Positions 59,095 to 64,000 of a DNA stretch of 64,000 nucleotides are shown piece after piece; the first letter of the stretch is position 1; each line of letters begins with the position of its first letter. Source of the stretch: an uncultured virus (IMG/VR IMGVR_UViG_3300031851_000007) (lineage: Duplodnaviria > Heunggongvirae > Uroviricota > Caudoviricetes); the IMG/VR virus record IMGVR_UViG_3300031851_000007, positions 1 to 64,000 of that record. One strand, 5' to 3'. The translations under genes and the position numbers were made by a program. The notes beneath the pieces were generated by a model, which was given only the letters and a program-made list of their open reading frames with translations, was not told the DNA's origin and did no database searches.

Positions 59095-61118
59095 TAGTAG
59101 TATCCTCCGCCGTCATTGTCGCCACCGCCGTAGCCGCCACTACCAGTTGCATCTGGATCTTGGATAGATGCGTTAACGCCCAATGCTGTTCCTGTAGAGC
59201 CTCCGGCTCCGTTATATTCTAGTGTATCTAAGCTAGTAAAGTTAGTATCAAAATACTGTGCAACTACTGCTGTTGAATTATCACCGTTTGTTGTTTGGTA
59301 ATTTACTGCTGGTGCTTCACCTAGAAGCACTTTTTGTATCAATGCAATGCCGTAGTTAATACTAGCTACAGTTTCTGCTTCTTGACCAAGTGCATAAAAT
59401 TTTCCTGGATCTCTTACATAACGTAATGCTGCTTCTCTTGATTTTACATTTCCGCCATGTGTTAAATCATATATAAAGGCGTCAACAATGAAACCCATAT
59501 CTCTTTCACATTTTTCTTGTGCATATGTAAATGCTGCTGTGAAAGGAGCAATGTCATTTGTTACTTGATAATCTGTCCACTCAACAATTTCTCTTGTTAT
59601 AAATTGTCTGTTTAATTCTAACATACGTGCAACTGCTGGAACTCTTGATCCATTTTCAATTGCTTCACATGCATATCTAATAGTTTTGAAAGGCTTATCA
59701 ATTGTGCGTCCTGCATCTGGAGCAGGCTTATCAACACCATGTGGTGCAACATAGTAAACATCGTCTGTTGCGCCCAAGTATGACCATTCTGGAATTGCTC
59801 CGTCGCTTACACGTAATACTTGTCCTTCGCTGCCTACTGGTAATCTTGTTGGACCTGCACCGCCGTAATAAACCAAGTCGCCTTTTGTAGTTAGGAATTC
59901 TGCTTCACTACCAACTGTTAGAACGTTCCAGTATGTACCTGTTGCGTCTAGGTCTGGACGTGAATTTTCATTTCCGCCTCCGCCTGCGCCAACTTGTACT
60001 GTTGAAAAGTCATCACCTTCTGACCAGTGTGCATTTACACAAACATAACTGCTTGATCCGTAACGTACTACATCACCTAATATATAACGTGAATCATCTA
60101 CCCATGCGCCCTTCCAATTAAAGCCACTGTTTAGTCTTGTCCAATATGTTGCGTCTGGTGGTTCATTGTTATTACTGTCTTTAATACACAAGTATGTGTA
60201 TCCGCCGTGCTTAACAACTTCACCAACTTTATAATCTTGGTTAGTTGAGTCTTCGCCCCAAGCGTTTAAGAATCTAAAGTTTTCTGTAAATAGCTGCCAG
60301 TTATTAGGATCATCTGTTTCATCTGTTGGACGTGATCCTGTATGGTTTTCTAATGCTACATACTGATTACCACCGTATCTAACAACATCACCTTTTTGGT
60401 AAACTTTGTAAGTATCCCAATCATCTTCAAATTGGAAACCTTGAACAAACTGTGTCCAATTTGACTCATCTGTTGAAAAGTTATTAGTACTTGAATGAGC
60501 AGTTGTTGCAAGCCAAAGACTTGCACCGTACTTAACAACATCATTTATTTTATATCTTGTTGCAGAACCTTGCCAGTTACCTTTGTATTCAATACCTGCA
60601 TTAAGAACGGACCATTTAGATTGATCTGCTTCTAAACCAAGCGATGCTGTTGCTGACGATGTATGTGGAGTAATACATACATATGAATAGCCACCATATT
60701 TAACTAGGTCGTTTATTTTATATTTTGTGCTTACTGACCATGTACTTTTGAAGTCTAAGCCTTCGCCAAAGACATCCCAGTTTCCAATATCAGCTTCTAA
60801 TCCGTCATCAGCAGATGCTTGTGATGTATGTACTGCTGTTGCTACATACAAGCGGGCGCCGTATTTTACAATGTCATTAAAGATGTATGCTGTGCCTGTT
60901 GACCAGTCACCTTTCCACTGAAATCCATCACTGACAATATTCCATTTTGGCGGAACAACGTCAAAGTCACTATAAAAGTTTGCCTGACTTTCGTGTCCAA
61001 TGACACAAATATACATTCTGCCGCCGTTAAAGACAACATCGTCTTTATAGTATGTGGTACTGGTTGTCCAATTGTTTTTCCAGACAAACCTAATTCTACC
61101 TAGTTTAAATTCTGCCAT
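59094..61118 (-). CDS. Virion structural protein with about seven CBM5/12-like repeats and one C-x-R-D helical repeat
   Basis: Repeated W...T.Y..(N/G)D(V/L)V(K/R)YG..Y.C...HTS units; YYVAPHG.D...PFKTIRYA; KCERDMGFIVDA. Confidence 0.8.
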   Translation of the reverse strand: MAEFKLGRIRFVWKNNWTTSTTYYKDDVVFNGGRMYICVIGHESQANFYSDFDVVPPKWNIVSDGFQWKGDWSTGTAYIFNDIVKYGARLYVATAVHTSQASADDGLEADIGNWDVFGEGLDFKSTWSVSTKYKINDLVKYGGYSYVCITPHTSSATASLGLEADQSKWSVLNAGIEYKGNWQGSATRYKINDVVKYGASLWLATTAHSSTNNFSTDESNWTQFVQGFQFEDDWDTYKVYQKGDVVRYGGNQYVALENHTGSRPTDETDDPNNWQLFTENFRFLNAWGEDSTNQDYKVGEVVKHGGYTYLCIKDSNNNEPPDATYWTRLNSGFNWKGAWVDDSRYILGDVVRYGSSSYVCVNAHWSEGDDFSTVQVGAGGGGNENSRPDLDATGTYWNVLTVGSEAEFLTTKGDLVYYGGAGPTRLPVGSEGQVLRVSDGAIPEWSYLGATDDVYYVAPHGVDKPAPDAGRTIDKPFKTIRYACEAIENGSRVPAVARMLELNRQFITREIVEWTDYQVTNDIAPFTAAFTYAQEKCERDMGFIVDAFIYDLTHGGNVKSREAALRYVRDPGKFYALGQEAETVASINYGIALIQKVLLGEAPAVNYQTTNGDNSTAVVAQYFDTNFTSLDTLEYNGAGGSTGTALGVNASIQDPDATGSGGYGGGDNDGGGYY

Positions 61119-61170
61119 TTTCTACTCCGCTCAAAGTATTTATCCTAATATGTTGATTGCTCATTTTTCC

Positions 61171-64000
61171 TTAAAAACTACCGTCACTAAAGTCATTGTC
61201 AATGCTAAAGTCATTTCCGCTTTCGCTTAGAATGATCATTTGCTTAACTATTGTTCCGCTAATCTCTGCTCCTTTATCAATTACCATTCTTCTCGGTAAT
61301 AATATTTCAATACCAGTTGTAGTGTCAATATACTGGTCCTCTGTTCCTTTGTTACCTAGACGTGTAACACCTGCAATAAGTGTTCCTGTTTCAAGAGCAC
61401 TACCACCTTGGCTAAGTCTGTTTTGCAAGAATGTTGCTATTGCTCGTTGTGTCGGAACAACGTTGTTACTATCTTCAGTAAAGTTTGGATCTGTTGAGAA
61501 TTCTCTAACAACAGCACCCGAACCACCAAGTCTAACTCCGCCTAGTGCTAATTCACTCAACCCATCTAAGTCAAAGAACTCAGCACTAATTGTAACAATA
61601 CCTGTTGCCTGTTGCACACTAAACAACTCACCTGCTCTAAAGTTACCATCTTGGTCTGTACTTGTATAGAACACTCGTCCACCGTTTTCTTCTTGTACTT
61701 CGTTTTCAGGTGCAGCAACAAAGTAAGCACCGTCTGAATAAACATCTGGATAGTTTGTTATTATAAAGTTTCCTGTTCCGATATCTAAGAAGTCGTGTCC
61801 TGAAATACGACACTGTGAATAACGTTCACGTATTGTTATTACAGTAGCGTTTTGAAGACTGTCTAAGTTTTCTATAATAGGTGTAAGTTTTATTCCTGCT
61901 TTTAATTTTCCATTATCATCAGCACCAAGTGGTGTTATCTGCTGTACTGTGAAAATCTTTAAGTCGTCTTCGTTAGCAGTGTCTAAGTCTGGAATACTTG
62001 CAAACAAGAACTGTGCACCTGGTCCTGGATATACGTCTAAATTATCTACAACTATATCTGCACCAATTGGAATAATATCTGCAAAACCGTCACCACTTAT
62101 GTTTGCTCGTGTGCTAGATGTTCTATATCCAAAACCTCTAAATACAAAGCTAGGTTGTGCAAGAACGCCGTTGCCTATTCTGTTTTCTGTTAATACTGCA
62201 ACTGAAAATGCGTTATCAACTATTGTTATTACAGCAGGATCTTCTGCTGTATACCCACTACCTGGATCCCAAACTTTAATTTCACTAAACACACCAGTAT
62301 TAATATTAGCTCTCAATTTTGCTCTACAACCAGTAAACACTCTACATGTTCCGTCACCAATGTCATTCTCAGCTGTTAGCATCCATCTGCCTCTGCCTTC
62401 AAACGAACCAAATGCACATGATCTATATTTTTGTCTTGGGCTTGGTAGTTCTCTGTTGGTCCATATAATTCCATCTTCAGATGTTGCTGCAAATGTAGTT
62501 TCACCAAAAGTCGGGTCCCGTCCAACATCTCTACTACCTGTATCACCTACTGCAAAAAATATGCCTTGTCCGTATCTAATTTTAGTCCAGTTATGATGTG
62601 ATGATCCGTCTTGTTTTGGCATAGTTGCTGATGTCCATGTTTCGCCATCAAAACTATATGCTGCTTCACTGTTTGTTCTTGATATAGCAACATAACGGTT
62701 GTTACCGTATGCAATACTTTGCCAATCAGTAACTACCGGAAGTGCATCTTCGTAAACTGTCCATGATCCTGTACCAGCTGTCGGCGATGTTGCAATTACA
62801 TTATCAGCATTTGATAATACTACAAACTTATTTTTTCCGTATGTAATTGACTGCCATTGTGTTGCTGTTGAGTCACCAACTCCTCCGGAAGTAACATCTG
62901 GAAATACTTGCTCAGTCCAAGTTATGCCATCTTCTGATATTGCATAATCTTGAGAGTTTGCTGCAATAGCAACAAATTTATTCTTTGCATATATTACATC
63001 TATCCATTCTCTGTTTTGTGGTAAGAATCCTCTAGTCCAATTTATGCCATCTAAACTATATGCCATTCTTGCTGATGCATCTCTAATTGCAACAAATCTG
63101 TTGTTTCCTGCTGCTACTGCTGTCCAGTCTCCTGAATCAGGCAAGTCAGCTGGTGACCACGAGTCTCCGCCATTACTAGAATATGCTGCACTTAGTGAAC
63201 TTTTAAGTACTGATACAAACCGTCCTTCTGTACCTATACCTGTTGTTGTAAAGTTTGAAATACTGTTTGTACTATCATTTGATATTTCTGTGACAGTAAT
63301 TACAATATTGTTAAGTGGTGTTGTACCGCCAACTGATGCGCCAACAATTGTAATAGTATCGCCTACAGCATATCCTGCTCCATCAAAACCGTTTCTTAAT
63401 GTTACAACGTAACTTTGTCCTGTCTTTGTAACATTAAATCTAGCAACTTGTGCAACTACATCAGTAGTTTCTCCTGTACCAAATTCGCCTGCAATATCTA
63501 AGAAAGTTTCAGTTGTGCCGCCAAAGGCAACATCTACCCAGTTACCGTTTCCTGGAATAAATTTTTGTTCTGCTGTAAAGGCAGGAGCATTTACAGTTAA
63601 TCTTGGTTCAATTCTATATGTTGTACTGCTTATAAGTTCACTAGCAATTTCAGTACCTGCAACAACATGATCCCAACCTGGCTCATCATTACTTTCTTTA
63701 TAAACAGATGCTACTTTTGTTACTGAATTGTAAGATTGTATATATCCATACTGTCCTGTACCTACGCCTGATGTAATAAGAATTCGCTGCCCTGTATACG
63801 CTGCTGCGTCATTATCATCTGCTGTTGCAAGAGTAATAGTAGTTTCGTCACCATCTTGTGCGTTGTTACCTTCAAGTGTATATCCACTGCCGCCGGCGCT
63901 ACCTGAATCTGGTGGTGTAAGCAATCTTGCTTCGAATAATCCGCCATCTCTTATATCTTCAAATACAGCATTTGCTTGTGCTCCTGAACCAGTAAATGCA
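61171..64000 (-). CDS. Giant virion structural protein, partial (starts beyond the right edge); paralogue of the 52834..59094 C-half
   Basis: The frame is open to the window edge; YGNNR(F/Y)VA propeller repeats and the same GHDFLDIGTG...TDQDGNFRAGELF...EFSTDP...VPTQRAI module. Confidence 0.85.
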   Translation of the reverse strand, partial: AFTGSGAQANAVFEDIRDGGLFEARLLTPPDSGSAGGSGYTLEGNNAQDGDETTITLATADDNDAAAYTGQRILITSGVGTGQYGYIQSYNSVTKVASVYKESNDEPGWDHVVAGTEIASELISSTTYRIEPRLTVNAPAFTAEQKFIPGNGNWVDVAFGGTTETFLDIAGEFGTGETTDVVAQVARFNVTKTGQSYVVTLRNGFDGAGYAVGDTITIVGASVGGTTPLNNIVITVTEISNDSTNSISNFTTTGIGTEGRFVSVLKSSLSAAYSSNGGDSWSPADLPDSGDWTAVAAGNNRFVAIRDASARMAYSLDGINWTRGFLPQNREWIDVIYAKNKFVAIAANSQDYAISEDGITWTEQVFPDVTSGGVGDSTATQWQSITYGKNKFVVLSNADNVIATSPTAGTGSWTVYEDALPVVTDWQSIAYGNNRYVAISRTNSEAAYSFDGETWTSATMPKQDGSSHHNWTKIRYGQGIFFAVGDTGSRDVGRDPTFGETTFAATSEDGIIWTNRELPSPRQKYRSCAFGSFEGRGRWMLTAENDIGDGTCRVFTGCRAKLRANINTGVFSEIKVWDPGSGYTAEDPAVITIVDNAFSVAVLTENRIGNGVLAQPSFVFRGFGYRTSSTRANISGDGFADIIPIGADIVVDNLDVYPGPGAQFLFASIPDLDTANEDDLKIFTVQQITPLGADDNGKLKAGIKLTPIIENLDSLQNATVITIRERYSQCRISGHDFLDIGTGNFIITNYPDVYSDGAYFVAAPENEVQEENGGRVFYTSTDQDGNFRAGELFSVQQATGIVTISAEFFDLDGLSELALGGVRLGGSGAVVREFSTDPNFTEDSNNVVPTQRAIATFLQNRLSQGGSALETGTLIAGVTRLGNKGTEDQYIDTTTGIEILLPRRMVIDKGAEISGTIVKQMIILSESGNDFSIDNDFSDGSF

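Noticed and set aside
61196..63412. Antisense ORFs of 60-215 aa here and opposite other structural genes (e.g. 22878-24025, 38511-38984)
   Set aside because: They are shadows of codon-biased Gly/Ala/Thr-rich genes on the other strand, with no recognisable motifs.
1..64000. Stop-codon reassignment (alternative genetic code)
   Set aside because: Long ORFs tile the window under the standard code, and TGA (e.g. 2441-2443) and TAG (e.g. 9861-9863, minus strand) end genes at tight junctions.
1..64000. CRISPR array, tRNA or rRNA genes
   Set aside because: Intergenic gaps are short (the longest is about 160 nt), and I saw no regularly spaced direct repeats or cloverleaf motifs by eye.

Overview
This window is part of a large, AT-rich, T4-like (myovirus-type) bacteriophage genome that uses the standard genetic code. 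The marine habitat is inferred from gene content, and the host cannot be determined. From left to right it holds: (i) a ~10 kb glycan-tailoring cassette of seven glycosyltransferase-like genes, including four paralogues, plus a cytidylyltransferase-cupin, a sulfotransferase, a pyruvyltransferase and methyltransferases; (ii) uvsY, uvsX and gp32 SSB; (iii) head and tail morphogenesis genes (gp17, gp16, gp4, tail tube, sheath, gp13, gp14, gp15) in a rearranged order, with a dNMP kinase, an HNH-like protein, a NUDIX hydrolase and a cupin; (iv) virion accessory proteins, including two cupredoxin-motif proteins, a subtilase and a 1711-aa Ig-repeat protein; (v) a ~9 kb opposite-strand island of six 2OG-Fe(II)-type oxygenases, three uncharacterised paralogues and two flavin-dependent halogenases, converging on three aromatic/His-rich C1q-like fibre paralogues; and (vi) giant structural proteins. 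Three leads stand out. Two structural proteins carry six Cys-x-(R/K)-D helical repeats resembling the bilin-binding region of phycobiliproteins. The oxygenase/halogenase island plus C1q module may be a virion post-translational modification system. A TAA(A/G/T)TA-N5-ATG late-promoter architecture implies leaderless mRNAs. All family calls come from motifs recognised by eye; no database searches were run.
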